64,000 nt of DNA from Promethearchaeati archaeon (GTDB lineage: Archaea; Asgardarchaeota; Heimdallarchaeia; Heimdallarchaeales; Heimdallarchaeaceae), in contig JABLTJ010000001.1 of the NCBI GenBank assembly GCA_013166775.1, positions 224,009 through 288,008 on the forward strand, in the 5' to 3' direction. The notes beneath the pieces are model-generated. The model worked only from the letters and a program-made list of their open reading frames with translations. It made no database searches and was not told where the DNA came from. The translations under genes were made by a program, and so were the position numbers. Shown here one piece after another: positions 21,014 to 31,811 of this stretch. Positions within the stretch are counted from its first letter, which is position 1; the number at the start of each line of letters is the position of its first letter.

Positions 21014-22471
21014 ATGATAGATTTAAGTATAGACGAAATTGAGTTAAAAGAAGCTGTAGAAAGAGCTCAAGAAAAAAACATAATCATACCAACTTTTGCA
21101 CAACAAAGGAATCCAAATTTAATAGAAAAACACATAGTTGAGGAATTAGCACAAATAGGGCTTTGGGATATTCATCCAAGAAATTTGTTCAGAATCACAT
21201 GGAAAAATGAACCTATAATTAAGGGAGGACGATTTGGTGACGTAAATTATATTGAGTTACCTCCAGAGTTGACTGGTGTTGAAGCACGAATCATTGGATT
21301 AATAGGAAAATATTTTCCAACTGGTGCTCATAAGGTTGGAGCAACTTTTGGATGTTTAGTTCCTAGGTTAGTAACTGGACAATTCAATCCTATAGTACAT
21401 AAAGCAGTGTGGCCAAGTACCGGAAATTATTGTAGAGGAGGTGCATACGATTCAACACTCCTTGCTTGTGAATCTATAGCTATCCTTCCAGAAGAGATGT
21501 CACTGGAGAGATTTGAGTGGTTGAGTTCCGTAGCTGGAGAGATTATTAAAACACCTGGAAGTGAGAGCAATGTTAAAGAGATATTTGACAAAGTCTGGGA
21601 ACTCAGGCGAACTAGAGAAAATATCTTTGTATTCAATCAGTTTGAGGAATTTGGCAATTACTTGTGGCATTATGATATTACTGGTCATGCAATGGAAGAA
21701 GTACTGGAAAGGGAGCTGAAAGGTTGTAAATTCAAAGGAATTGTATTAACTACTGGCTCAGCGGGAACAATAGGTTGTGGAGATTATCTGAAAAATAAAT
21801 ATCCTTCAATGAAAATCGCAGCAGGTGAAGCTTTACAATGTCCAACTATGCTTGTAAATGGATACGGAGCACATGGGATTGAAGGAATTGGTGATAAGCA
21901 TATTCCCTGGATTCATAATGTGAAGAATACTGATATGGTTATAGCAATTGATGATAATGACACAAAAAGAATTATGCGATTGTTTAACGAAAAAGAAGGT
22001 CAACTGTATTTAGAAGAGATAGGTGTTCCTAAGCACATAGTAGAGAAATTGCCACTTCTAGGAATTTCGAGCATAGCGAATCTACTCATGGCTATAAAAT
22101 TTGCTAAATATTATGAGTTAACAAGTACTGATGTTATCCTAACTGTATTTACTGATTCTATGGAATTATACCAATCCAGATTGAAGGAAATGCATGCTGA
22201 ATTTGGTTCTTACAAACGTGATGATGCAATTAGGGATTCCAATACTAATCTTCAAGGTCAAAAAATTGACAACATGCTTGAACTAGACTACTATGGTAAG
22301 AAAAGAATACATAATCTGAAGTATTTCACTTGGATCGAACAACAAGGGAAGGATTTGGATGAATTGAATAAGCAATGGTATGATCCTAATTACTGGAAAT
22401 CAATACAATCATTGTCACAACCAATCGATGAGTTAATTGATGATTTTAACAAAAAAGTTGGATTGATTTAA
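21014..22471 (+). CDS. PLP-dependent fold-type II enzyme (cysteine synthase/threonine synthase-like)
   Basis: FPTGAHKVG (PLP Lys), STGNY, GSAGT, IEGIGD. Confidence 0.85.
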   Translation: MIDLSIDEIELKEAVERAQEKNIIIPTFAQQRNPNLIEKHIVEELAQIGLWDIHPRNLFRITWKNEPIIKGGRFGDVNYIELPPELTGVEARIIGLIGKYFPTGAHKVGATFGCLVPRLVTGQFNPIVHKAVWPSTGNYCRGGAYDSTLLACESIAILPEEMSLERFEWLSSVAGEIIKTPGSESNVKEIFDKVWELRRTRENIFVFNQFEEFGNYLWHYDITGHAMEEVLERELKGCKFKGIVLTTGSAGTIGCGDYLKNKYPSMKIAAGEALQCPTMLVNGYGAHGIEGIGDKHIPWIHNVKNTDMVIAIDDNDTKRIMRLFNEKEGQLYLEEIGVPKHIVEKLPLLGISSIANLLMAIKFAKYYELTSTDVILTVFTDSMELYQSRLKEMHAEFGSYKRDDAIRDSNTNLQGQKIDNMLELDYYGKKRIHNLKYFTWIEQQGKDLDELNKQWYDPNYWKSIQSLSQPIDELIDDFNKKVGLI

Positions 22472-22576
22472 CACATTTTCTATTTTTTCAATTTATGTTT
22501 ATTGAAAATACTATTTTTTGTTTTTTTCTCTCTCCTATTTAAACCAAATTACGGATATTGGTTTTGAGGATATGGC

Positions 22577-23392
22577 ATGAGTGAAGTCACAAGAGATGAT
22601 TTTGATGATATAAAGGATGGTATAATTTCATCTCTTGTAGATTCTGAATTAGAAGACCAAACACGATTTACTAGCTCCTTAGAAAGGATGGAGGAACGAG
22701 TTCAAGAATGCATAGATGAGATAATTGTCATTTTACAGGATTATATCCCTAAGGAAATATTAATTCAAGCTGTAACTCAGTTTGAAAGTATTCAACTTTT
22801 ACTAATAACAGATAAGATAAATCGTAAAAAACACTTTACAAAAAATCAAATCGTAACTATCTTTCTAGCTATTTTAGACAATGTTTTATCTTTGATATAT
22901 GAAAACATTGCAAGCTTCCATTTCAAACTTCTCAGAAAAAATATGAGAGGATTGAGTAATGGAAAATCTTTCAGCTATAACAACATGAAAAAAATACAAA
23001 TTGAATTAATTCAATCAGAATCTATAACAAAGATTAGAAAAATTGGTTATACTTTAAAACTAAAAGACAGTTACTGTCAAATCATCAGTAATATGATGTC
23101 TGTTTATCCACAATATAAGAATCAACTGAGTGAAATAGAAGTAGCAGGCTATGATTTAATTCACTCAAGAGCCATTCCTAAACTCGAAGTGACGAAATCA
23201 GCTGTTGTTGTCATAGCTTCTCTTCTCCCAGTTTATTTTAAGAAAAAGGAGGAAAAACAAAATCTATGGAAATATATTGAGGAAATTGTAGATGAAGATG
23301 AAGATCAATTGAAAAGAAAAATCTATCGTTTTCGATCCAATCTTCGAAAAATGGAAAATGTTGACTTATTTAGTTATAAAAATGAGCTGTAG
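22577..23392 (+). CDS. Hypothetical helical protein
   Basis: 271-aa ORF with upstream GAGG; no firm motif. Confidence 0.6.
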   Translation: MSEVTRDDFDDIKDGIISSLVDSELEDQTRFTSSLERMEERVQECIDEIIVILQDYIPKEILIQAVTQFESIQLLLITDKINRKKHFTKNQIVTIFLAILDNVLSLIYENIASFHFKLLRKNMRGLSNGKSFSYNNMKKIQIELIQSESITKIRKIGYTLKLKDSYCQIISNMMSVYPQYKNQLSEIEVAGYDLIHSRAIPKLEVTKSAVVVIASLLPVYFKKKEEKQNLWKYIEEIVDEDEDQLKRKIYRFRSNLRKMENVDLFSYKNEL

Positions 23393-23443
23393 GGGAAATT
23401 TTGTAGTTAAATTACTCTTATTAGAGATTAATTCGTTGTTAAA

Positions 23444-23848
23444 ATGATTGAGATGAGTATACCAGAAGACTATGTAGATTTACTTCTCAACCCTAATTTC
23501 GCTCATGTAGCTACAGTTAATCCTGATGGATCTCCGCAAGTCACTCCAGTCTGGATAGATTACGATAAAGATAGAAACGAAGTGCTTGTTAATACAGCGT
23601 TGGGAAGAAAGAAGTCTCGAAATCTGAAAATTGGTTCCTATGTTGCTTTAAGCATACAAGATCAAGAGAAATCTTACAGATATATAGGAATTCAAGGTGA
23701 AGTTGTGGAGTTAACAGAAGAAGGTGCAAGAGAACATATAGATAAATTGGCCCTGAAATACTTAGGAAAATCAGAGTATCCCTTCTATAGAGGAGAAACT
23801 AGGTTACTAGTAAAAATAAAACCCAAATATGTGCATATAATGGGTTGA
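23444..23848 (+). CDS. PPOX-class (pyridoxamine 5'-phosphate oxidase-like) F420-dependent oxidoreductase
   Basis: AHVATVNPDGSPQVTPVW, K.RNL, IDKLA.KY. Confidence 0.9.
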   Translation: MIEMSIPEDYVDLLLNPNFAHVATVNPDGSPQVTPVWIDYDKDRNEVLVNTALGRKKSRNLKIGSYVALSIQDQEKSYRYIGIQGEVVELTEEGAREHIDKLALKYLGKSEYPFYRGETRLLVKIKPKYVHIMG

Positions 23849-23920
23849 AATCTATTTTTTTCCGATTACCAATTCCACAAGTCTTTTGTATTCAAAATCG
23901 AATATGTTTTTTTGATTTAA

Positions 23921-26410
23921 ATGAAAAGAAATCAAAAAGTATTTACTTTTGGAGTTATTGTCGCTTTTCTCTTAGCATTTTCTATTTACTCTCCGATCAG
24001 ATCATATGCATATGATTGGAATGTCACACACAGTACTTTACTAGAGGAAATTGATAATGTTGGTTACGGATATCTGACAGGTAATCATGATTTAGAAAAT
24101 CAATATCTTGAAGCAGATTATGCAACAGACATTCGATATGTAAGAGAAGGAGCAGGAAATCCACGTGTCGATTCTATGGATAATGGCTCTTCAGAATTCA
24201 GATCTACTATTTTTTCTTCCTCCTTTTATCGATCCTATGATAAGTTTAACTATCTTGATAATGAATGGGAAACATACCCAACATACATACAAGCTTTCAA
24301 TAAAACAAATCTTGGTCCTAATCTAAATTTCACAACAGGCTTTAACGATATGGGGATATTACCACTTAACAGTAAGACTTCTCTTGTGTTAGAAGGAGGT
24401 ATTGTTTATGTTTTCAATGTAAATCTCAAAGCAAATGACATCTATGATCTTAATATTAAAACCACTAGAACATTATATTACATAATATACTATGAGGATA
24501 CCTTTTCTTTCTTTGGTGGTGTAGATGGCGTTGTGAGATTTATCCAACCATTAATAGCTAGAGGATCTGGAGATCATATCATATACTTATATTCTGATTT
24601 CGAAAATGATGTAATTATTAATCCTAAGGAAATTGAAATCCAGAAAATAGGCTCTGGAGATACAGTTTCAAAAAGATTTGTTAATGAACCTGATGAGATA
24701 TGGAATGAAACTAGAAACATTGATCAAGATAATCTAAACAGAGAAACTACCCATGCGTATTTCATAGACATACCAAAGGGTGATTATCAGATAAAATATG
24801 TAAGATTCGATACCGGTATTGATGCTTGGGCGGATATATTCTCGTCTTCGAAATATTATGAAGAATCAATACAATCTTCCTTTATGGATTTTTCATTAGG
24901 AACTGACATGCCTACTGGTTATATTGATAAATATAAACTACATTTTGAACAAGATTTTCAAGCTATTGTGTTAATCACTGCAGAATCTCATCAAACAGAT
25001 TACATAGAATTTGACTATATTTTCTCTATAAAGGAAATTGAGATTCCAATTCTGGAATCTGGTGTAGTTTATGAATATCAAGATGATATTATATCATTTG
25101 GAATTAACATCCAGCAGACTCAAGCAGTTTATTTCAATCTATCAACTGGAGATAATTACGATCTAGATGTTGTGAGATATGCTAATGAAGGAAAGAACTT
25201 TGGATTTAGTTATACTCTGGAGGAGATGTTTGCAGAGGACGCTATAAAGATATTATTAGAACCAGGGCTATACTACTTCTACTTTGTAGAAGATATTTTC
25301 GCGCCAGTTAATTATGACTTTGAAATAGTTATGAACTCCATAGATTATGAAGTCTTTACTGATAATATGGAACTCACTTTAGAACAAGAGAATGGTGATC
25401 CTCTAAACTACAAATTAATCATGCTAAACTATACCCAATTTGAGTTCTATTGTTACAATTTCAGTTTATTTATGAATGAAAACTATTCTGTCGATGTTAA
25501 CTATGAACTCTTCCTGGAGAAATTTGACTCGAGTATAGATAGTAGATCTTTCACACTAGGTAACCAAGAAGACATTAATGGAACATTCCAAGCGTTCGAT
25601 TTTAATAACACCCAAGAATTGACACTATATTCTCCTGAAATAGAGAACATTAGATATCTACTAGTTAGTGTAACAGAAGTTTACAATACCACTGAAGAAC
25701 TATCTTCACCTGGAACACCCTTCGTAAATCAAACTAGCGTAACATTAAATCTATTTCTTGATACAGGATATCCTGATGATTTCAATGATATTAACATAGT
25801 AGAAATAGAACTAACACTCGATGATCTAGGATATGCAATCATCAATCAAGATTTCAACACATCTATAAACGAGAAAGAGCTCTATGTTATTTCAGTAACT
25901 TTTCCTGAATATACTTGGTACAAAGTTAATATAACTATAACAAATGGAACAATGGATCTATCAGATTACTATTTTGCTAATAGTGAACTACTAAGACCAC
26001 AACGTTTTACAAGCGCACTTATTTACAGCAAAGCCTACTGGAAGCGAGAAGATTCTAATAGCTATATTCATCAATATTGGGAAAATACAACCGGTCCAAC
26101 TTATGAAGCATTGGATTTAGTTGAATTTGGCATTCTTTCTCCTGATGCTGTATTTATGTATGCTATAGATCATACTCATCTAACTGCTATGAACGGTTCC
26201 GTAATCTTTGAGTTTATTCCATTTAATTGTACTGAAATTGGGTCAATTGTTTTTGTTTCGAAAGGATTGTCTAAAGGAGTAATCATTGGTCTTTCAGTAG
26301 CCGGTGGTGTTATTGTAGTAGGAACAGCAGCTGGAGTGATGGTACGATACCTTGGTCCAAAGGGTAAGACTCCCTCTCAACCCGCAACTCCCCCACCTCC
26401 AAGATATTAA
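23921..26410 (+). CDS. Large secreted, C-terminally membrane-anchored surface glycoprotein with Pro-rich cytoplasmic tail
   Basis: Signal peptide, acidic beta-rich body with many N-x-S/T sequons, one TM (VIIGLSVAGGVIVVGTAAGV), tail KTPSQPATPPPPRY. Confidence 0.75.
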   Translation: MKRNQKVFTFGVIVAFLLAFSIYSPIRSYAYDWNVTHSTLLEEIDNVGYGYLTGNHDLENQYLEADYATDIRYVREGAGNPRVDSMDNGSSEFRSTIFSSSFYRSYDKFNYLDNEWETYPTYIQAFNKTNLGPNLNFTTGFNDMGILPLNSKTSLVLEGGIVYVFNVNLKANDIYDLNIKTTRTLYYIIYYEDTFSFFGGVDGVVRFIQPLIARGSGDHIIYLYSDFENDVIINPKEIEIQKIGSGDTVSKRFVNEPDEIWNETRNIDQDNLNRETTHAYFIDIPKGDYQIKYVRFDTGIDAWADIFSSSKYYEESIQSSFMDFSLGTDMPTGYIDKYKLHFEQDFQAIVLITAESHQTDYIEFDYIFSIKEIEIPILESGVVYEYQDDIISFGINIQQTQAVYFNLSTGDNYDLDVVRYANEGKNFGFSYTLEEMFAEDAIKILLEPGLYYFYFVEDIFAPVNYDFEIVMNSIDYEVFTDNMELTLEQENGDPLNYKLIMLNYTQFEFYCYNFSLFMNENYSVDVNYELFLEKFDSSIDSRSFTLGNQEDINGTFQAFDFNNTQELTLYSPEIENIRYLLVSVTEVYNTTEELSSPGTPFVNQTSVTLNLFLDTGYPDDFNDINIVEIELTLDDLGYAIINQDFNTSINEKELYVISVTFPEYTWYKVNITITNGTMDLSDYYFANSELLRPQRFTSALIYSKAYWKREDSNSYIHQYWENTTGPTYEALDLVEFGILSPDAVFMYAIDHTHLTAMNGSVIFEFIPFNCTEIGSIVFVSKGLSKGVIIGLSVAGGVIVVGTAAGVMVRYLGPKGKTPSQPATPPPPRY

Positions 26411-26430
26411 TTCTTTTCTCTTTTTCTTTT

Positions 26431-27393
26431 TTATTTTATTTTGTTTCTTATTAGTTCAAAAAAATTAGTTAAATCAATATTTCCTCCTGATATTACTACA
26501 CCTACTCTTTTTTGATGTAGATCTATTTTGTCTGATAAAACACCTGCTAATGATACAGCTCCAGAAGGTTCTACGACATGCTTCATTCGTGCCCAGAGAA
26601 ATTCCATTGCGTTTACAATTTCCTCTTCAGTTACTGTGATTATCTTATCTACATTTTCACGTATAACCTTGAATGTATAGTTGCCAAGAGATGTTTTTAA
26701 TCCATCAGCAATTGTATTTGGATTAATTGATGGATAGATTTTACCGTCTCTAAAAGACCTAAAAGCATCATCCGCGTTCTTAGGTTCTACACCAATAACC
26801 TTACCTTCTGAACAGAGGCTTTTTGTGGCTATGGCAGTACCAGAAAGCAGCCCTCCACCACCACATGGAGCAAAAACATAATCTAACTCACCTACTTCCT
26901 TGATTAATTCATAGGTTGCTGTGCTTTGACCGTAAATTATGTTCATATCGTTGGATGAATGAATCAAAGTATAGTCATATTCATCGATCAAAGATTGTGC
27001 CATTTCTTCCCTATCTCCTGGTTTTGTACCACAAAAAACAACTTCAGCACCATAACCTTTTGTTGCCGCTACTTTGATTTTTGGCGCGTTTTCTGGCATA
27101 ACTACCGTTGCTTTCACTCTAGCCATTTTAGATGCTAAAGATAATGCTTGTGCAAAATTGCCAGAAGAATGAGTTGTGACTCCCTTTGCTTTTTTTTCCT
27201 CTGATAAACAGATTATGGCGTTTAAAGCTCCCCTGATTTTAAATGAGCCAGTTCTCTGATAGTTTTCCATTTTGAGGAAGCAAATTGCATTTGTTTCGTT
27301 GTTTAGAGTTGTTGATGTCATAACAGGAGTATGATTTATGTCCTCTCTAATCCTACTGTATACTTCTTCTATTTTCTCGAGCAATAATTTCAC
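26431..27393 (-). CDS. Serine/threonine dehydratase (serine racemase-like)
   Basis: KMENYQRTGSFKIRGA, SSGN, GGGGL, EPSGA, SGGN. Confidence 0.92.
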   Translation of the reverse strand: MKLLLEKIEEVYSRIREDINHTPVMTSTTLNNETNAICFLKMENYQRTGSFKIRGALNAIICLSEEKKAKGVTTHSSGNFAQALSLASKMARVKATVVMPENAPKIKVAATKGYGAEVVFCGTKPGDREEMAQSLIDEYDYTLIHSSNDMNIIYGQSTATYELIKEVGELDYVFAPCGGGGLLSGTAIATKSLCSEGKVIGVEPKNADDAFRSFRDGKIYPSINPNTIADGLKTSLGNYTFKVIRENVDKIITVTEEEIVNAMEFLWARMKHVVEPSGAVSLAGVLSDKIDLHQKRVGVVISGGNIDLTNFFELIRNKIK

Positions 27394-27396
27394 CGA

Positions 27397-28758
27397 TTAA
27401 TGTTTACTTTTACCAGTAAATCTGAATGAATTTAATTTTAAGGCTGGAGTGACTGTTGTAATTCCTGCTTCTTCATCTCTCCCAATTAAAGCTACTTCTT
27501 TGAGAAATCTTGGAATATTATCAGTGAATCTAAAATTCTTAGCAGCAGAAACAACCTCACCGTTTTCTATGTATAATAAACCATCTCTAGTTAAACCAGT
27601 AATGGCGCCTAATCTTCTATTAACGAAATTTGTATAATGTAATCTATTAATGTAGAAACCTTTTTCGGTCTCTTCAATCATTTCAGGTACTGAAGAATCA
27701 CCAGGATAAAGAATAAGATTTATAGGCATAACCATTCCGAAGATGTAATCTGAAAAAGGTATTACTTGGTGTCCTGTTGTTCTACTTTTATCATTCAGAT
27801 ATCTTGATGCCATAAATGTATTGTAGAGAATTGTTTTAGGTACTCCATCCTCAACAAGGAATATAGGTTTTTTAGTAACACCTTCTCCATCTATTGAGGA
27901 AGCTAATAGAGTACTATCATTAAGTGGGTCATCTAATAATGTTAATTTTTCATCGAAGAGTTGTGCTCCAATCTGATCAGCAATAAAGCTTCGAGATTCA
28001 TGGTATTGTGCTCCAATGTAACCAAATGATAGAAAACGCATTAGAGTTCTAACAGCTGCTGGAGATAAAATAACTTCATAATCTCCTGAAGGATAATCTT
28101 TCGCTGAACAAGTATTCACCGATAATTCAGTAGCTTTTCTTGAAAGCTCAACTGGGTTGAGTTTACTTGGATCTCTTACATGTTGTTCTTCTTTTGCGTA
28201 TCCTTTGTTTTCACCTTCAGTCAAAGAATTAATTGTTAAACTATTGTAAGTCAATCTATGAGAAGAATCAATTCCATTAGAATTAATGATTCTAAAGCGA
28301 AGATCTGTTATTGAAACCGCACCAGCTAATTTTACTTTTTTCTCTATTTTTTCAGCTTCATTTATAGCTGCTTCCACAACATCTGCTCTCTGAAATTCAT
28401 CCAGTAAATTATCAACTGTTGAGAGATTTTGTGCTTCTATATCCTTAGATTCAGGAAAACCTTGGAAAAAGGGAATGGCAGGAACAAATTCAAGTGAAGT
28501 ATCTAGTTGTGTTATAGTTTTATCTATGGAAGAAAGTGTAAGCACTGTCAAAGAACTTGAGTTCATCTTTTTATCCTTCTCAACTCTAAAGAGAAATCTA
28601 TATGTGTGATCAGAAACATTCTGATGGATGGTTGAATTAGCGAATCTAGTTAAGGCTTCCAATCTATCAATGCAACTCATTTCATAAGAATCAAAATCCC
28701 TAGATTCAAGTTTCTTTAAAGCATGTTCAATTACTGTATTTATTTTATCTGAAAACAT
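27397..28758 (-). CDS. pmbA: TldE/PmbA family protein
   Basis: TRFANSTIHQN, DGEG, TGLTRDG; no HExxH. Confidence 0.85.
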   Translation of the reverse strand: MFSDKINTVIEHALKKLESRDFDSYEMSCIDRLEALTRFANSTIHQNVSDHTYRFLFRVEKDKKMNSSSLTVLTLSSIDKTITQLDTSLEFVPAIPFFQGFPESKDIEAQNLSTVDNLLDEFQRADVVEAAINEAEKIEKKVKLAGAVSITDLRFRIINSNGIDSSHRLTYNSLTINSLTEGENKGYAKEEQHVRDPSKLNPVELSRKATELSVNTCSAKDYPSGDYEVILSPAAVRTLMRFLSFGYIGAQYHESRSFIADQIGAQLFDEKLTLLDDPLNDSTLLASSIDGEGVTKKPIFLVEDGVPKTILYNTFMASRYLNDKSRTTGHQVIPFSDYIFGMVMPINLILYPGDSSVPEMIEETEKGFYINRLHYTNFVNRRLGAITGLTRDGLLYIENGEVVSAAKNFRFTDNIPRFLKEVALIGRDEEAGITTVTPALKLNSFRFTGKSKH

Positions 28759-28897
28759 TTTATCACATTCAAATTACATGCTAAGAACATAGTTTCTTTT
28801 GCATTCTAAACGGATTTCGCATCAATTTAAATATTTCTCTGATGAGTTCGTTCTTCGAGAAGATTTCGGGTAAATCACCACAACTGTTTTATTTCAT

Positions 28898-29548
28898 ATG
28901 TTTTCATTGAGAGATATGTCCGAATCATCTCATTCTGGATTCTTTGTTTGTATTGAGGGTATTGATGGTTCTGGAAAAACCACTCATGCTAGACTCCTTG
29001 TTAAGAACTTATGTTCTCTTGGGTATGATGCTGTATATACAACTGAACCAACGAGATATTCCATTCCAGGAAGAAAGTTGCGGGAAAGCTTCTTTGCTCC
29101 TGAGAGGTTACCTGTAGAAGAAGAGTTTAGGCTTTTTCTTGACGATAGGGTTATTCATCTTAAAGATGAAGTTATACCTCAATTAGAACAAGGTAAAATT
29201 GTTGTAACTGATAGATATTATTTCTCATCAGTTGCTTATCAAGGGTCAAGAGGTTTGGACTGGAAATATATTCTTGAAGAAAATTTGAAAGTCTCTATTA
29301 AACCCAATATTGTTATTCTACTGGATATACCTGTTGATGATGCTATTGAGAGAATAGCTTCTGATCGAACAGAAGGAGTTAACACATTTGAGAAAAAAGA
29401 AACCCTTCAAAAGGTTAAGAAAATCTACTTACTTCTTGCTGAGGACGATCCATATTCTATCTATATAGTCAATGGTTCAAAACCGATTCCTACAGTTCAA
29501 GATGAAATAAAAGATCTTTTCTTGAGTAGATATAGTAAACCTAGTTAA
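28898..29548 (+). CDS. tmk: Thymidylate kinase
   Basis: EGIDGSGKTT, EPT, DRYYFSSVAYQG. Confidence 0.95.
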   Translation: MFSLRDMSESSHSGFFVCIEGIDGSGKTTHARLLVKNLCSLGYDAVYTTEPTRYSIPGRKLRESFFAPERLPVEEEFRLFLDDRVIHLKDEVIPQLEQGKIVVTDRYYFSSVAYQGSRGLDWKYILEENLKVSIKPNIVILLDIPVDDAIERIASDRTEGVNTFEKKETLQKVKKIYLLLAEDDPYSIYIVNGSKPIPTVQDEIKDLFLSRYSKPS

Positions 29549-30289
29549 TTATATCTTAAGAAAAATAATTATCAAAACAACAGAGGTTATTGATAGAAGT
29601 ATACAGAACACATCAAATAAACTAATTCTTAGATTCAGAACATGATTTTTTCTTCTTTTAGGTCTGAAACCTTTTACAACCATTACTTCAGCTAAGTCAA
29701 CTCCTCGATTTATCGCTCCCGTAATTAGAGGATTTAGTGTTTTTTTCAATACATAGAAATGTCTTTTAAAATTCCACTTTTCTGAAACTAACCCTCTAAC
29801 TTTTCTAATGTCATTAATTGTCTTTGCTTCCTTGCCCAGTACAGGAACTAATTGGTAAATGGTAGTTAAGAACCATACAAATTTACCTGGAAAATACATT
29901 TTCTCTAAACTTACTGCTAGTTCATATGGGTCAACTGTATAGAAAAACCATGCAATGAAAAGAAAAGAAGCGATGAATCTGCATTCAATTATTCCAAAAG
30001 TTGTATAGGGATTCTCTTTGCTTATCATGAAATATGCTATTACGGTTGCAATTAATGAAAAGAAAGTGAACAAGACTAGTGACCCAACTAGTATTTTAAA
30101 ACTAATTCGTGCAATCAATGTTACAAGTAATGAAAGGATTAGAACTCCTATGAGAACATACAGATTTTTTGTATATAGTACAATGATGAGAGATGAAATG
30201 ACAATAATCATTTTTGAACGGGGATCAAGATAGAAATTTCCATCGTATTTTTGTAAGGAAATGCTCCCATCAGTGCTTATTGTTGTCAT
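29549..30289 (-). CDS. ecfT: ECF transporter transmembrane (T) component
   Basis: LDPRSK start, TM helices, VRG and VKGF coupling motifs; overlaps the ATPase gene. Confidence 0.85.
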   Translation of the reverse strand: MTTISTDGSISLQKYDGNFYLDPRSKMIIVISSLIIVLYTKNLYVLIGVLILSLLVTLIARISFKILVGSLVLFTFFSLIATVIAYFMISKENPYTTFGIIECRFIASFLFIAWFFYTVDPYELAVSLEKMYFPGKFVWFLTTIYQLVPVLGKEAKTINDIRKVRGLVSEKWNFKRHFYVLKKTLNPLITGAINRGVDLAEVMVVKGFRPKRRKNHVLNLRISLFDVFCILLSITSVVLIIIFLKI

Positions 30290-31803
30290 ATCTCCACCTC
30301 ATTCTTCTTATTTCCAAATCGGTTTAGTTGTTCATTTAGAAAAGAAGTGAACTGCTTTACATCCATTTTAGATTTGATTTTGCCTTCATCAAGATAAAAT
30401 ACTCTATCAACTAATCCCTCTAACCACTCCCAATCATGAGATATCGCAAGAATAATCTTCCCTTTTTGTTTCAAATCAAATAATTTGTTCCTTATCCAGT
30501 TCTTGTTGGACTTATCAAGACCATTTGTTATTTCGTCTAATATTATGATTTCAGGATCATGGAAGGTTGATGCAAGAAAGGCCAATCTTCTTTTTTCTCC
30601 ATGTGAAAGTGAGTGGGGATTATTCTCCTCGTATTTCTCTAAACCACTTTCTTTTAGTAAATTAGTAATGTCAGAGATTACAATTTCGTCCCCAACATTC
30701 CTTTTTGTTAAAGCAATTTCGTCCTTGACTGTTTCCTCAAAAAATTGTAGTTCTGGGTTTTGAAAAACTATTCCAAGGTTTTTAGACCTTTCCTGCCAGC
30801 TTAAATCCTTGGAATCTTTGTTATTTATTTCAAGCATACCTTGCTTTGGTTTTAATATTCCTCCTATAATATTAAGCAAAGTGGTTTTTCCAGAACCATT
30901 GTCACCTATAATCCCAATTATCTCACCACTACTTACAGAAAGTGATATATTTGACAGTCTAAATGAATCTGAGAAGTTAAACAAGATTTCCTTCAAATTC
31001 AACAAGGTTTTATTAGATCCTGCAGGAAGTTTTCTTTTAAGAGAATCTCTTTTCTCAATCCCAATTTTTCTTGATTTAGATATATCTAGATGATCTTCAT
31101 CTATAGGAGAAATTTCTTCTATTACTGTTCCTTGTTCAAGGTTTACAATTTTTGAAGCAATTGGTAAGTATTCCTCATACTCATGTGATGCTATAATAAT
31201 TGTTTTTCCTTCTTCTTTCAATTTTCGGAAAATTGATTTAATCATAGTCCTATTTTTTTTATCTAAATTTGCTAGAGGTTCATCAGCTAAAATGATACTA
31301 GGATTTCTAATAAGAGCACAGCCAATTGCTATTTTCTGTTTTTCTCCTTCTGATATTTTTTGTGGATTTCTTGGTAGTAAGGATTCCAATTTTAATTGCT
31401 TGGAGACACTTTCTATCCTTTCATGCATATCGTTCTCTTTGTAATCATGATATTCAAGCGGGAACGCTAGTTCTGTAAAAACATAAGGGGTAATAAGAGA
31501 ACTTTCAACTCTCTGTGGAATATAGCCTATTAATTCTGATACTGAGAAAATTGATTGGAGATTTGTATTTTGATTATCTATTGTTATTCTCCCTTTTAGC
31601 TCACCAGCATAGAAATTGGGTACTAAACCAAGTATAGAATAGCATAGAGTACTCTTTCCTGATCCACTCGAACCTGTTATCACAATAAACTCTCCTTTTG
31701 AAATTTGAAGATTAATATTCTTAAGAGCCCAGTTTTCTCTCAGATGAAATCTAAAACTAAAATCTTCAAAAGAGATTACAGGGGTGGTCATAGAGTTTCT
31801 CAC
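30286..31803 (-). CDS. ECF transporter ATPase with two fused ABC domains
   Basis: Two Walker A motifs (GSSGSGKST, GDNGSGKTT), SEGEKQ/SHGEKR signatures, FQNPE. Confidence 0.9.
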   Translation of the reverse strand: MRNSMTTPVISFEDFSFRFHLRENWALKNINLQISKGEFIVITGSSGSGKSTLCYSILGLVPNFYAGELKGRITIDNQNTNLQSIFSVSELIGYIPQRVESSLITPYVFTELAFPLEYHDYKENDMHERIESVSKQLKLESLLPRNPQKISEGEKQKIAIGCALIRNPSIILADEPLANLDKKNRTMIKSIFRKLKEEGKTIIIASHEYEEYLPIASKIVNLEQGTVIEEISPIDEDHLDISKSRKIGIEKRDSLKRKLPAGSNKTLLNLKEILFNFSDSFRLSNISLSVSSGEIIGIIGDNGSGKTTLLNIIGGILKPKQGMLEINNKDSKDLSWQERSKNLGIVFQNPELQFFEETVKDEIALTKRNVGDEIVISDITNLLKESGLEKYEENNPHSLSHGEKRRLAFLASTFHDPEIIILDEITNGLDKSNKNWIRNKLFDLKQKGKIILAISHDWEWLEGLVDRVFYLDEGKIKSKMDVKQFTSFLNEQLNRFGNKKNEVEI

Positions 31804-31811
31804 ATTTATTG

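Noticed and set aside
14391-28758. tldD and pmbA separated by about 11.5 kb as a novel arrangement
   Set aside because: Unlinked tldD/tldE genes are common, and no precursor peptide was evident.
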